Shown here piece by piece: positions 1-20,198 of a DNA stretch of 64,000 bases. The translations under genes were made by a program, and so were the position numbers. The DNA comes from Paraspadella gotoi (lineage: Eukaryota > Animalia > Chaetognatha). Under the pieces are notes generated by a model that was not told the origin of the DNA, ran no database searches, and saw only the letters and a list, made by a program, of their open reading frames with translations. The stretch spans positions 25,484,051 to 25,548,050 of the forward strand of contig CM119264.1 of the NCBI GenBank assembly GCA_051294375.1, in the 5' to 3' direction. Each line of letters begins with the position of its first letter. Position 1 is the stretch's first letter.

Positions 1-828
1 TAGCCTAAATGGGCCAAAATTTTATCCCACTTTAATTTCCTTACGTTAGCCTTTCTGTAAGCACATCGTTTAATATATACCACCACCATAATATATAGTT
101 TGTTTTATGGTTGATACAAACTTGTATTGTCTTTGACAAGTCCCCAGCTTGAAATGAAATCGCTACTCATGTAACTGAGTTTTAGATGCTCATCAGAAGT
201 CCAGAGGAGAGAAATTAAGAGACAACTAAAGGTCAAGCCAATTACATATTCAAAGCTTTAACCTTAAGCTTTGTTTCATTTCTTAACCTTGGTGTACTTA
301 GATACATGATTAATTCTTTTCCTAATACTTTAAGTTCTGACGCTGTAAAATTTTTAAAAATGAGCAGAGGACTGACAAAAAAAATAAAAGGATTAACCCT
401 CAGGGCCAGAATAAAAAATAAGTAAATCGAGAGAGATGTTCCGAATATTTTTTGAATAATTCCAAGCGCGTGACAAATACGCAATAAAATATTTTTCCCC
501 ACAGAAACTTGTGAGTTAAAATACTTATTTGCAGTGCTGTAGAAGATTTGGCCAAGCTGATTGTAGAAATGATCATTGATACAAATAGAAAGATATCATG
601 CATCCTCCAACTGCAGAACAGCAGGGGTTTTAGAGCTTCAAAATTGTCACTCTTACATTTACAATCATTACTCAGATTACCAATGAGTCCCGTATCACTA
701 TCAACGCCATATAAAAATATCTTAAATCTGCAAATAGAATATGTTAGGAATTTTTTAACTTGACAAAAGAAAAATATGTTTAATTGATGATTCCTGAATC
801 ATGTCACCTTTATCCTTAAATTAAACAC

Positions 829-910
829 AAAGCCTGTCCAAAGTAGGGGTAAGATAGCTAATTTATTAAATGAATGGATAATTTTTATATTGGTTGTACA
901 AATTTGATAA
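829..910 (+). repeat. Dispersed repeat fragment A (probable non-autonomous transposon relic)
   Basis: caaagcctgtccaaagt..gggg.aagatagct.attttattaaatgaatggataatttttatat.ggttgtac.aattt recurs at ~44892-44976 (+) and partially, inverted, at ~53382-53430. A second shared piece, ggtcttttcatacaattgaaacatt, is at ~981-1005 and ~44724-44748. Confidence 0.65.
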
Positions 911-1150
911 AATTCAGCTCCTTGTATTTTGATAATGGGCGGAGTACAATATAGTATTCCCCATTAATACTTAAGGGGCTGGTCTTTTCATACAATTGAA
1001 ACATTTACCACTATATTTTTGTTAAATTTATACCAGAAACTAAAACAGTCATGATTTTGTAATCATTTGACCCAAAAATGAAATTTTACTGTTTAACCGT
1101 TAATGAAAAACAAATTTTTCAAAAATTCTTGTTTTGATGGATAGATGGGT

Positions 1151-1188
1151 AACAAGTTTGAGCAAACAATGTCGGATCTGCCCACGAT
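1151..1188 (+). repeat. Dispersed repeat fragment B
   Basis: aacaagtttgagcaaacaatgtcggatctgcccacgat matches the reverse complement of ~54257-54294 with about one mismatch. Confidence 0.6.
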
Positions 1189-4100
1189 AATTTAGCAGTA
1201 AGGCAGCTTATCAGATGATAAATTATGAATAAAACTTGTAATATATTTTTTATTTATTTTATTTTAATTTTAAAATTTCTTATTATCTATTTTTATCTTC
1301 TTTTATATTGTTGTCTTTCGAGAGTTGGAAAATTAAAGCCCATCTCAAAGCCCACTTTTTCCAGTCATTATCAAGGCAATATGAAATTTATACACATAAA
1401 TGATTTTAGTATTTTTTCTAAACTAACTTTCAAAATTTCTTTTTTTTACCAGTGGGTTTACAATTGTCACCATGTACGTAAAAAAATTTGGCTGTATGTT
1501 TTAGGCCCACTAAGGGGTTGCGTTTTAAAATTTTTATCAATAATACTATTTGTAGACGCAAATTTTGTCTTCATTAGATTTGAACTAGTTTGAAGTAGTT
1601 TGATTAGAATGTATCTGGTCTCAAAAAACTCAACATTATTTTATCATATGAAGCCATTGCAGCTTTGTGTAACTATAAGCGCTTTTTTTCGAATGAAACA
1701 TGGTTGATTCAGTACAATCATCAATAACATACAAAACACAATGCAACTAAGTCTGAGAGAGAAAATAAATTTGGTAACACAAATACTTTATCAACTAATA
1801 CCTTACCTTCATTATACAAACATTGTTCCTTGATCCACTTGTCATAAGAAAAAATAAAAATGCTGACTGAATCAACAATTGTAAAAATGATTCAAAAATT
1901 ATTTCAATCATATTTAAGGAAAAACAGATAGCCTCTTTCTTTTAACGCTGTTTTCTTCTGCTGTCTAAGTTTATCTAAGAAAAGATCTACTGTAAACGGA
2001 CCAAGCCCAGACCAATAATGGTCAATGAGCTGCAGCCGACTTCCTCATTGGCGTCTTGAAAATTCGGGGAAAGCTCCCAGGATTACGGCAAACAACTGTA
2101 AATGCGAATATGACGAGATCAAGCAATGATTTAACAAAACTGCAAGAAGAACCATCCAAAGTAATGTTCCAAAGATTCATATGAACGAAGGAATCGGCGA
2201 ACGGCATCAAATCAGAGCTCCAATCCATAACAATCATCAATGTGCTAAACAGCAGACCGACACGGCCAAACAAATTAACCAATTCATATGAACTTGGTTT
2301 TTGGTTATGAGAGGAGAATAAATTTTGTTTTGTTTATTTATATCTCATAAAATTGAAAAATTTTCTTTATTTAGATAAATATTTTCAAAGATGATGGAGG
2401 CGTTCATGTCAGACTGCAACTTATTATTTAGAGAAAAAGGTCCTGACTGAATAAAGTCAATATTTCGAAGGTAGAGTGGTAGGAGTCGACGTCGATCTTA
2501 GTAATCGAGGGATATTTTATCAATGAAAACCTCCGCCTTTTTAAAGCAAAATTCAGTCCTAAGAGTGGTTATCTTTTAATAACATTGCTTAAAGCTATGT
2601 GAACATTGCTTTTTTTTAAATTTGATTGGTTGTAATTAATTTTTGGAAAATTCAAATATTATTTACATGCGAGGTATAATTTTTTTTCTATACAATGTGA
2701 ATTTTGTCAAATTTTGGAAAATGTGTGAAATCGTCTGTGAATTTGTTATTAAAAAATCGAAACATTTTTCTTTTATACCAGAACTATCATTTTTCAGCAA
2801 AAAAAGTTTTGAATAGATGAATTATTTACATAATTTATAATTATTATATTTGAAATCGATACATAGGTATAATAAAAATCAAGCTAAATTAACTTTAACT
2901 CTTTAACTCCTGGCGGTAAGGGTACCTCTATCCTGAGTGCCATTAATTAAAGTCCATAGTAAATAGTTAGCTTTTAAAATTAAAATCAAAATTTAAATAA
3001 ATGAGTCATTTCTCGTGTCGCAATTCTCTCTTTTCCAGCAAAAACTCCGCTTTACATTATTATTTTTTCTGAAATTGCGTCTTTCCACCTCGCGGTTTTT
3101 TATGCTCGAATAAATCGGGATTAAATTTTTATTCTTTGGTTTTAACCTGAGGTAAAATATAAAAAAAACGTAACTAAATTTTGAAAATAGACACACAAAA
3201 AACATTCAAGTGCACTTTTTAAAATTAATTAACTTAAAAACGTCGACTTTTCTTTTTAAATCAATAAATTAAAAGAACAAGTAATTTTGCAATTTACGTA
3301 ATGAATTCACTAAAGTTGGACGAGGACGAAAACTAAAAAAAAACAGCCAAAACCATACTTTTAAAACTACAAAATGAAAAAAAAAAAAAGAAACAAAAAA
3401 CAAAACCTAGCAAAATTTGGAAAATAAACGAGAAAATGTGTTTTCTGTTCCTTCGTTTACTCAGCGGCGACTCGACCCTCGAGCGCTCATCATCGGCCGA
3501 ACGTGACGAGACTTCCGTTTTCGCAATCGCCCTTGGGCGGTCCGCCCACCGGAGCCGTGGCGCGTGTGTTTTTTTTTCGTGGCGTGAGCCCTCGCGTGGC
3601 GTAACGCCAGAAATCCTTTTTTTTTGCCTTCGACCGAACTGAATTGATAATTACGAATCTATTCGGGCGTATTACGAAGGGGGAGGGGAAAAGTTGTACC
3701 GGAAATAATTTCTCTCTCTNNNNNNNNNNGCCGGAAGTTGCGCCGAACGTAATTAGTAATTAGCGTCAAGAGATGAAATCGGTGGAGAGATGGGGGAAAG
3801 GGGATCAGGCGGGAGGGAGAAAATCTGAAAAGGCAACCATCAGACAAGATAGCAAAAAGGGAGAAAAAGGGAGGTAAAAGGAGAGTGGGACAAAGATCTA
3901 GAGGAAAGAGGAGTTAAGGAAAAGAGAACGACGGATTAAAAGGATTCTTGCCGGAGGATATTTTTAAGGGGAGGGAAGCCGTGGGGTTTGGGAAAATATT
4001 CGAGTTTGTGGGGAAATGAAGTTAAGATTTATGGGAGAAATCAGGAGAGATTAAAGTTGGGACAAGCGACGGAAGTGGAGGACTAGCAGGTGGAAGGGGT

Positions 4101-5129
4101 CTATTCAATTTTCCGAAGGCGCGGGGCAACAGAATCGGTCGGGTTGTTGAGAGATGATGACAGGAGGAACGCGTTGAGGTTCTTAGTTGACGACCGAGTT
4201 TGGCAAGGTCGCTAATGTCAACTACGTCCGCCATGTCAATGCACTTCTCTCCATTTTTTTATTGGTGTCTGCGATTTGAAATTTAAATAATTTTATTTTC
4301 GCCGGGTGTTAACCTCTGACAAAAAACCAATGACGTCGACGACAACAACAACTCATTTTCGAATTAGGAAGGCATCAACCTTTAAAAAAATACTTGAATA
4401 TTTAAAACACGGCGACGATTCGAAAAAAAAATATTGACTTGAGGGCGAACGTTTTTAAAGTGATTACTGCTCAGGTTATTCATTTATGAAAAGAGACTTG
4501 GCGTTGCCACGGGAACGTATATGTAGTTTTTCGAAAACACGTAAACAACCTGTTCAATGATCGGTAAAGTAATAGCTTTGCCGTAGTGAAAAATCATGTA
4601 CGTGTTCAGCTGCCCTTTCAGCCTTGAAAAAAAAAGAGTAAAGACGAATCAAAAATGGCGTCGATGGTGTAGGTGTTCTTTTGTGGGTTGGTACATATAG
4701 ATGTGTGAGTATGAGTTTGGGTGTGAGTTTGTGTGCGTGTGACGTGGTAAAGACGAGGGGCGGTTAGGATCGATGGGCTAATGAATAATCTAATGGGGGT
4801 GGAAAAAGAGAAGTGGGAAAGAGAGGTAGAACGGATAGAGTGGTGGAATGAAAGAGAAGGAGAGACAAAGAAAATAAAAGGAAAGGAAGAAAAAAGGGAG
4901 AAGAGATAGAGAGAGGGATGAAGAAGGAGCGAGAGGGTAAAGAGAGATTGTGGAGCAATGAACCAGAGAGGCCGAGAATCGATTTTATCGGAGAGAAAAA
5001 GAAAAAAGAAAAAACTGAAAGGAAACTAAAAAAGAAGAAAAGAAGAAAAAATAGAAGGAAAAAAATGCGTCTGAGTGAATCGGATCCTTTATTCGGTGGA
5101 CGACGTAAGGGGATAGAAAGAGAGAGAGA

Positions 5130-5203
5130 AAGACAAGATAAAGAAGCGACGAGAGAGAGAGCGGAGATGAGAGAGAGAAAGTGAGAGGCGAGAGAGACGA
5201 GAG

Positions 5204-5276
<73 letters not shown>

Positions 5277-5408
5277 GACAATTTCTTCAAAAAGGGGCAG
5301 CTTTTTTGTTTCTTCCTCTGTTTTTTTGGGCTCCAAAAAAGCGGGGAAATCGAATTACCGAGAAACCCTGGGCCAGAAAAGAAAGAAAGAATGAAGAGAG
5401 AGAGAGAG

Positions 5409-5470
<62 letters not shown>
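5130..5470. repeat. (GA)n microsatellite cluster
   Basis: Directly visible imperfect GA dinucleotide runs. Confidence 0.9.
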
Positions 5471-6048
5471 AGAAAGTTTTTTTTTAATATTTAATAAAAT
5501 ATAGAATATACGAAGTCCCCAAATTTCTAAACTTACTGTAACAAAAAACGTAAGACTAAATTTCCTAAACGGTTTCTTCTCTTTATGTTAATAAACTTTT
5601 TTTTTTGGAATAGTTATTTAGAGAAAACAAAGTTTGTTTGTTTGATAACAACGATTTTTATATATAAGGAATAGTTATTTAAATAGTTTCAAAAAATTTC
5701 CCCAGCTAAAATAAAATAAAGATAACCATATTTTTTGCGCCAGAGGGCGCTTTTCTTGTTTTTTCGACTTTCAAAACAAAATATCAACCTTTTGTCTTCA
5801 CCTCTCGATCATCGATGAGAATACTTAATTGACGACGACGACAAAGGCCCATTTTTTCAACTCGATACCCGTCACTTTCACGACCGCGACGGCACGGCCC
5901 CGTTCGGCCACTGTCCCTCTAAAGCCGCAGCCATCGATCCATTCCGGTTGCGGACATCTTCGCTGTTGGCGTCCGGAAAAAAAGTGCGGCATCATCGCTT
6001 TCGCGAAGCATCAACCCTAAATCGATTTAATGCCGCTGCCGCTGCCGA

Positions 6049-6079
<31 letters not shown>

Positions 6080-7004
6080 GCCGCCGCCGTCNNNNNNNNN
6101 NNNNNNNNNNNNNNNNNNNNNNNNNNNNNNNNNNNNNNNNNNNNNNNNNNNNNNNNNNNNNNNNNNNNNNNNNNNNNNNNNNNNNNNNNNNNNNNNNNNN
6201 NNNNNNNNNNNNNNNNNNNNNNNNNNNNNNNNNNTCATCGATCCGACGGTCAATTCCATGGAAAAGAGAAAAAGAGGGAGAGGGAGAGGGAGAGTTGGAT
6301 GGAGGTGAGGTTAGAGTGAGAGGGAGTGAATGTTTCAAAGCGGAGCTGTCATGAATAATTAGAGGAATGTGATGCAATTAATATCATCACAATAATATAT
6401 TATTTTATTTTTAAAACTCGTCACCGTAGGACCACTTTTCCACGCCCACTTCAACCCTGTGCCTCACCACTGGTGAGTCTGCCAGTGCACCACAATTTTT
6501 CAGCTCTTGCCCCTCGATCGACGTCGCAATTGCCATCCGCTACAACAACAACACAACAACAAAACAACAACAAAAAAATAATTTAAATTTGAATTAAAAA
6601 ATGACAAAAAAAGGGAGACAAACAAAGGTGCGGTTCGGTTAGTCGAGCCGAAAACGAAGACGACGAATATAAAGTGAAAAAAAGTCACAAGGAAAAAAAA
6701 AGTTTTTCAATTTATGCGTTTTTTCATGTCTTCTCTCATTTTATTTCTTTTCTATCTTGTTCAACTTAAAAGAAAACATACGAGAAGGAATTTTTACAAA
6801 AATTGGAAGAAAAAAAAAATACTTTTAAGAAAACTGGAGGGAAATCTGAAGAAAGGAATTACGGCTTTGACGAGGCGGGATAAAATAACTAGAAAATGAG
6901 AGAGAGAGAGCGAGAGAGAAAGAGAGAGAGAGAGAGGAGAGAGGAGAGAGAGGAGAGAGCAGCAGAGAGAATTGGTCAGGGAAAAAAGGGAGGAGAGAGA
7001 AGAG

Positions 7005-7067
<63 letters not shown>

Positions 7068-7646
7068 GAGAGAGAAGAGAAAGAGAGAGAGAGAGAGAAG
7101 AAGAGAGAGACGATGGAAGTCATTATTTGAGTTGCATTTGAAGATGTCATGATGACCGCACATAGAAAAGGAGAAGTTGTCATCAGCGAACAGACAACGT
7201 ACAACAACTGTGACGACAGATGACAATACTCGGTCGACGACCAAAAGATTTGACNNNNNNNNNNNNNNNNNNNNNNNNNACGACGACGGCAACAGACGAA
7301 GCGACCATCACGTGATCCAGTGATTAGCGAAAGGAATTGAAATCCACAAAAGCGAAGGATAAAAAGGGGAAAACGAATGGAGGACGATGAAAGGGAATTA
7401 TAAATTGAGGGAAAACTGGACAACAACAACAACAAAAATGAAAAACAAACAAAGAAAATAAACGAGAAAACCCGTCATTCTAGTGAAACTAAAACTAATA
7501 TTACCACAATTATTAATATCAACCCAAAACTATCTTAAATTCTAGAAAATGCAATTAAAATTTTCCAAGAAAACCATCAATTGAGACTGGAATAAAAAGG
7601 CACGCGAGGGAAAGAGACATAAAAATCCAGAACCCGCAACAACCAA

Positions 7647-7647
<1 letters not shown>

Positions 7648-7707
<60 letters not shown>
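7648..7707. repeat. (GAC)n microsatellite
   Basis: About 20 perfect GAC units. Confidence 0.95.
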
Positions 7708-7710
<3 letters not shown>

Positions 7711-8192
7711 GATAACAACAACAATTACGACGGCCTCATTGAAAAGAATAATATTCTCGAGGAGGGCCAACAGAAAGAACGACGACGACGACGACGAAAA
7801 CAGACGACCCTGAAGAATAAATTCCCTTTCAGCCTTCGACGGCGAAGCAAATGTCACCAATGACTAACGACAATTCACAACGCAAAGCAATGATGAATGA
7901 TTATGCATTCCAAATGGCGGGAAATGACAAGCAGTCGCGACTAATGACAGGCAGGAGCAATACAATACCAGAAGATATACAATGTCGGCTAAAACGACAA
8001 ACGACAAAGCGACACGCTTACTGACAAAACGATTGGGGAATTCCTCGCTAATGACGAACGACAGAGCAACGGCTTCCACAAAGCGACTGGAACAAGATTG
8101 ATAAGAAGGACCATTAAAAACACCGACGCCCTCAGTCCAACGATGCCTCCCTTTTGTTCCGCGTTCTATGGTGCCTCCGCCAGCACTGATTC

Positions 8193-8297
<105 letters not shown>

Positions 8298-9029
8298 ACT
8301 CAGACCTCGGATCGTCATTACCGTTCGAATCCCTGGACGCTCAGAGTAGAGAGGAGGTGAAACGGCGTTTGTTTCCCCATTTTTAAAAACTTTTTTAACC
8401 ATTTTTCGCACTAGAAGTTTTAAACTCGAGTTAATGGTTAAACGAAAAAAGGAAAAAACGTTTTTTTTAATGGCAGATAAAACTGCAATTAAGTTTTTCC
8501 TTCTTTTTTTTAAATTTCAAAAACATTTTCGATTTGTCATTGATGGCTAAATCCAGAGTAAAAATATCATATTTTTTAAAAGAATTTTAAAATTGAACTA
8601 TCTTTTTTCTCCTTCACCAGATTTCATTTAACGACAACAACAACAACTCCCTCAACGGACAGACGGATCGGCGCATTGGCGATGGCATAAAAAGCTTTTT
8701 GCGCCTCCCGACGGGAAACAAAGAAACGAAAAGCCAAAGAGCGAAGGACAAAGAAAAAAAAAAGAAACCACTGAGGTCCGCGAAAAAAACGGACAGAGTG
8801 GGAGAGAGAAAAACGAAGATAGAGAGGGAGAGAGAATCGGATGCGTCATCCTCTCTCTGTCTCTATCTCTCTCTTAATTTCGATGAGTCAAGCGACTTTG
8901 ACCGAAGAAAACTGAGAAAAACCGAAGTAACTTGGGAAAAGACCTTTTCCAGAAAACTCGGTGTCTCGCTCTCTATTTCGCTTCAAAGTATCTCGCTCAC
9001 TCCGTCTCTCATCATTATTTTCGGCATCT

Positions 9030-14697
<5,668 letters not shown>

Positions 14698-14706
14698 CGT
14701 CTCCTC

Positions 14707-14795
<89 letters not shown>

Positions 14796-16193
14796 CTCTC
14801 TTCTCTCTCTCTCTCTCTCTCTCTACTTCTCTCACAAATAGAAAATTCTCTGTTTGAGAATTTCTTTTCTCGTTTATCGATTCTAATTTAATGAAACTAC
14901 TAAGAAAATTAAAAAAATAAAATAGCATTTTTTTTACTTTTTCTTTTTATCATTCTTGTGCCCGTTTCTTTCTATCTCCCACTCTTGTTTTCCCCCCGTC
15001 CTTTTTCTATCTCCCACTCTTCCCTCCTTCTTCGCATNNNNNNNNNNNNNNNNNNNNNNNNNCCTTCCTTGTTTCTTTCTATCTCCCACTCTTCCTCTTT
15101 ATTCTTTCCTTCCCCGTATTTTATTGTCACAGTAAATTTTCTGTCCTTTATTAATTTTGTTGCGCCTATAATCCGAAGGGCGTTCGCGCCGGCGGAAGGA
15201 GGGGGGAGGAGCAAGGGGGGGGGGATGGCGTCTTTGCTTATTGGAGACGAACCGACGTAATTATCTGCGCCGTTGTAATTTTCGCTTTGTCGGGGATGAA
15301 ATTGAAAAGTCTACGAGTGAGGGATTTTACTATTCAGTGCTCGTTACTATGATTGTATCCGATACTGTCTTACTTACTTTGCTATACTTGGGGGTTTTTT
15401 TTTTGGTTTACTTTACTGTAGTGTCAAATTCGCTCAATGACGGCAAAGAATAAGGTTGGGGGCAAAATGGGTTCACTTTACATTTTTGACTACGAAATCC
15501 TTTTGAGTGAGTGCCGCGGTGAATGACCGTGAAAAGAGAGTGAGTAAAAATGGAGTTAATAGAAAGGGCCGTCTCTATTTTTTGCTGACAAAAAAACTCT
15601 CCGTTTTGTAGTATTTTACATTTTGTTTTTTTTTTTAATATTTTGTCCCACGCTTTTTTTGTAATGTACAATACCCAATTAAACTCGTAACTTTTACGCT
15701 CTTATCAAATTTAGGTACTAAGTTTTACTTTGGATTAATACTTTAAAATTTCCCAACCAACGATTAACCTATCTAGACAAACTTTGCAAGAATGAGTATG
15801 AGAAAAGGAATATTTCTTACTGAACAGGTAGAAAGTTGGACAGAGAATTGCTTCGTTCTGAACTGAACCTTCGAAATTCAATCCCGCTCAAATTCGTTTG
15901 AGATTAAAACTGTCAAAACGTCACTTTTACCGAATTCTTTCGAATGAAATTCTCGCCTTTATCCATTCACGCAATTTCAATTTTTACAATTCCCTTTTCG
16001 AATTTCTCGATAGTAAACGTATTGTTTCATATTCAATTTTAAAACTATATTCTTTAGTTTTTAATTTTTTTTTATTCTGAAATCAGATTTCGAAGGATTT
16101 TATCATATTATTTCCCCACACTTTTCTTTCTCTTTTTCTATTTTCGTTTCAATTTCTCCCACTTACATTTTTTCCCCATTTTTTCTAATCCTC

Positions 16194-16224
<31 letters not shown>

Positions 16225-16232
16225 TTTCTCTC

Positions 16233-16281
<49 letters not shown>

Positions 16282-16283
16282 CA

Positions 16284-16380
<97 letters not shown>

Positions 16381-17275
16381 CTCTCTTTCTCTCTGGTGGC
16401 GCCTCCTCCATTTTCCGGGTCGCGTTACTCCATTCAATCCCTGGTTTGATTTTCCACTGACATTCGCTTCGCCTTCGCAAACCTCCTCCTGTTGATTGGT
16501 TCCACGGCCTTGTTGATTGGCCTTTCGTGTTGGTTCATCTGCATTGTTGATTAGTCTGTTTCGTTCGTTGGTCTTCGAAGTTGGTTGGATTTTAAGACTG
16601 ATCGTCTTGACCATCTCTTTGCGAGACTCGTTAGACTTCTTGGTTGGTTTTGTTGGAAGCCTCTTTGTATTGTATTGTATCGTTGTTGCTTGCTTGTATG
16701 CTTGTATTCGATGATCTACTTTGATAACCACGTGTTCGTCGTCGTCTGCAGATTGGCCGTCACTGATAGAAGCAATAAGTTGTGCGATGGTGTGCGAATA
16801 ATGAAATCAAATCTCAAACCCCAACGGATAATCGCTTAATGTGGCGTTTAAATTTATTGTCGTCGCGTAGAAACCACATCGAATGGAGAAAATGGAAAAA
16901 AAAATGTTAAAACTATACGTAAAAAAATGGTAAAATAAGATGATATTAAAGTTAATGTATGTAGTGAACCAGCTTGATTGATAAACATAAAGGAAAAACA
17001 TTTCATTTTAATTTTTGGGATAATACTTACATGTTAATATCGGCAGTTCATTTTTTAGTACCTCTGATAATTGCCCCAAGTTAAATTTCTTTTTAAATGA
17101 CATTTTGAGCTCTCTTGGTGCCAAAACAACAAATTCGACATTGTTCTTGATGCAGATTTGTTGTTTTTGTTGTTGTACTAGGGCTAAAGTCGGTTTTGCA
17201 TTCGACGGACGCCTGATTCTGGCAAATTTAATTACGTTGAGGATCAGATTTGAAGGCAAACGAGAGATAGAGAGA

Positions 17276-17309
<34 letters not shown>

Positions 17310-17640
17310 TCAAACGTCAGAATTTCCGTCGTCGGATGTAATTAATTGAGAAGCAACGCTATGTATATTCCGAGGAAAGAGCGACCGATATGTCCGCGTG
17401 ACAGCGATGAATCTACTTGTACTTGAAATTGGCGACCGAAAACGTGGGTGGAGTTAATACATTTTAGCCGCTTTGCCAATATATTAAATATATTAATTAT
17501 TAATGGTGAACAGCTAAGTCACTCCGTAACGACACCTGCTCTCAAACTAAAGCGTCGTCGATTATAATAAGAAAGTTTATAATAAAACTTAAGAATTAAG
17601 ATTTTCTTTTTGTTAAGAGCGCAAAAAAAGGAGTTCTATC

Positions 17641-17740
17641 GGGTTCAATGAAGGTCAATCAAGGTCAAACCAGGTCTATCAAGGTCAATCAAGGTCAAAC
17701 TAGGTCAATCAAGGTCAAACCAGGTCAATTGAGGTCGTGT
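17641..17740 (+). repeat. 10-bp minisatellite of AGGTCA half-sites (nAGGTCAAnC, ~9 units)
   Basis: aaggtcaatc aaggtcaaac caggtctatc aaggtcaatc aaggtcaaac taggtcaatc aaggtcaaac caggtcaatt gaggtc. Confidence 0.85.
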
Positions 17741-18380
17741 TGATTCGAAACTTGACTTTATCCCGAATAAAAGAGCAACGTTTGCTTCGACGAGGATATT
17801 CAAGGTTAAAATTAATCGGTTCTTAAAAAGAAGAGAGAAACCGTAAAGTTTGTAAGTTTTAATAAGTGTTAAAATTGCAAACCTTTTTGTTTATCATGGA
17901 ACCAATTTGAATTCGCCATAAACAGCTGGATATGTTTTTCCCCGTCGAATGCTTTTTTTCCAGGAGGGAATTTTTTTCTTTTTTTTCCTTTTCTTTAAAT
18001 TGTATTAATTTTTTAAACTTAAAATTTTATCGTTTGTATTTGATAATTTTTAACCCTATATATGGCTATTAGAAAGTGTTTTTGTTTCCTTTTATTCTCA
18101 ACTGATGTTCATATTTACTAATGCATGGACCTTTTTTTTACTTTTACTAAATATATTTTTATTTCAAAAACTATTTTTCGTTGTCAAAATAATGTTTTTT
18201 TAGAAATCAACGATGTTGTTTGAAAAAATATATATCTTAAGTGTCTTTAGTGTTAACCTCAAGTTCGTTCCAACAACGAGTAAGGCCCGAGCCAAATTAA
18301 TTATTTTCGTTAAATTGAAATTGCGAATCCAACAAAAACCCTCCGTCTAATTTTATTACCAGAGGGAAAAGGAAATGCAA

Positions 18381-18421
<41 letters not shown>

Positions 18422-18716
18422 CTCTCTCTCTTCTCTCTCTATCTCTCTCTCTCTCTCTTCTCTCCTCTCTCTCTCTCGTCTCTTGGGAGAAGTAAACGCA
18501 ATGCATACTCGATGAAGGAAAGACAGAAAAGATTTCTCATATTCCTTTCTTTTTTTAAATTTTTTTTGTCTCTGTCTCTCTCAGTCCCTTTGGTTTTTGC
18601 ATCTTCTCATAAATGTTTGCACGGTCACGTCCTACTAAACAAGCGAACGGCTAATGAAAAATTATCAAAGGAAAAACGAGAGAGAGAGAGAGAGAAGAGA
18701 GAGAGAAGAGGGGGGA

Positions 18717-18759
<43 letters not shown>

Positions 18760-20082
18760 GAGCACTTTGTCGACTTGGAATTCCAGAGGAGGTGCGTTCA
18801 ATCATAAAGTCAAGGAGAAAATTAAAGGAGGAAAATAATTAGAAATTCTCCTAATGAAATTAGCCCCCGTCGTCTGAATCAAGGAGTAGAAAATAGAGAG
18901 AGAGAAAAAAATGATTTTTTCAGCTGATGAATGAAATATCAGCAAAGGTTCTTAAAGACATTTTTCTTTCAATTATTAAAATTTAAACATAATCGTGTCC
19001 AATAACAAAGAAACAATTTCTTAGTATTCTGTTCTTCAAAAAGAAAGTTTCGAAGTTACATACTCTGGGAAAATAGGGCTTCGCCTTCTTTAACCACCCT
19101 TTTAATTTTGATTAACCATCGCGAAGAAACATATTTAGGTCTATAATTGGATAAATAAAAGTAAACAAATCCCTAAAATTAAAAAAAAAAAAAAAAAGTT
19201 CGGAGAAAAAAAATTCGAGCGGAAACAAAGAAGTGTTCAGTTTTGCTTAGAGTTAAGTTTAGCTTTTTTTATTTTATTTTATTAATTTGCTTTTGTCGTT
19301 TTTGCTTTTAATCTTTTACAAAGTTGCAATTTTGTTTTAAGACCGACTGGACTGAATACGAAGGAAGAGAAAAAGTAAGAAATTTGCAGACCTCATCTTT
19401 GTTTGTTTGTTTTAACTAAACTTTTAGGCAGCAAATAATAATCTTTTCCCGACAAAAACAAGAACAGAAAATTTAAAATAAACAGGTGGAAACAAAAAAA
19501 AAATCGAGGAAATATATAGACGCACCAAAAAAAATAAAAAAAATAAAAAAACAAGATACAGACAAAATTGAAAAAAAAAATTTAATTGAAAAAACAAAAT
19601 AACAAGGCCGCACAGAACCGAGTTAAAACAAACAAGTGCAGCCCGTTAGAATAAAGAAAAGCGACTCCGACTTTTGAGCAAGAAAGGTAGAGGAAAGAAA
19701 AGAGATAAGGGGAAAAAAAAGGAAAGTAGAAAGAAGAAAATTGCGTGGGGAGAAGAAAAAAAAAAGAAAGGAAAGAAAACCTTTCTTTTTTTCTACTGAG
19801 AAGGAAGAGTAAAAAGCGAGGAAAGAAGCGTAAAGGAGCGAAAAGAAAGAAAAAAAGAGGAAAGAGGAGAAACGCGGATTTGCAATTCTGATGATGGATT
19901 CCAGATCGAGACTCCGCACCGATTGTCCCATTGGTGCCCGGACGACTAAGGAAATAAAAGGAGGAAAAGAGAAAGGGGAAGAAAGAAGAACAACGAGATT
20001 TTTTTTTTTTTGAAAGAAAGAGTTGGTTCGCTGGCGGAAGAGCAAAGAAGGCAAGGAGGTAGGAAAAGGTAAGGATCGGAGT

Positions 20083-20133
<51 letters not shown>

Positions 20134-20144
20134 GAAGAGAGAGA

Positions 20145-20198
<54 letters not shown>

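Larger units (their letters stand above)
45..2287 (-). pseudogene. XK-related (Xkr-like) multi-pass membrane protein, frameshifted paralog of the 21716-24085 gene; either a pseudogene or a real gene damaged by sequencing errors; runs off the window start
   Basis: Exon A ~2287-1807 (ATG 2287-2285, GTAAGG donor at 1806) and exon B 727-~45 (TTGCAG acceptor at 729-728, GTAAGG donor at 44). Manual translation across several single-base shifts gives STLMIVMDWSSDLMPFADS...IIGLG..PFTVDLFLD...ICFSLNMIEIIFESFLQLLIQSAFL...EQCLYNE | ...CKCKSDNF...CSWRMHDIFLFVSMIISTISLAKSSTAL...LGIIQKIFG. These blocks are collinear with TSAMTIADIGTDLKTMADG / VLGIGSIPLAIDLYFD / LLFSLNAAHTLLESFPQMLLQTAAFL / EQCFPNG / CICKANSF...CSWEVKNYFALISAALSSASVAKLASAF / IGIVQGIIG in the 789-aa ORF. 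Confidence 0.75.

Noticed and set aside
16400-16750. 197-aa minus-strand ORF with a non-repetitive-looking N-terminus
   Set aside because: Low-complexity (AAC/AACC-like) composition running into (GA)n, with no splice support and no recognisable motif.
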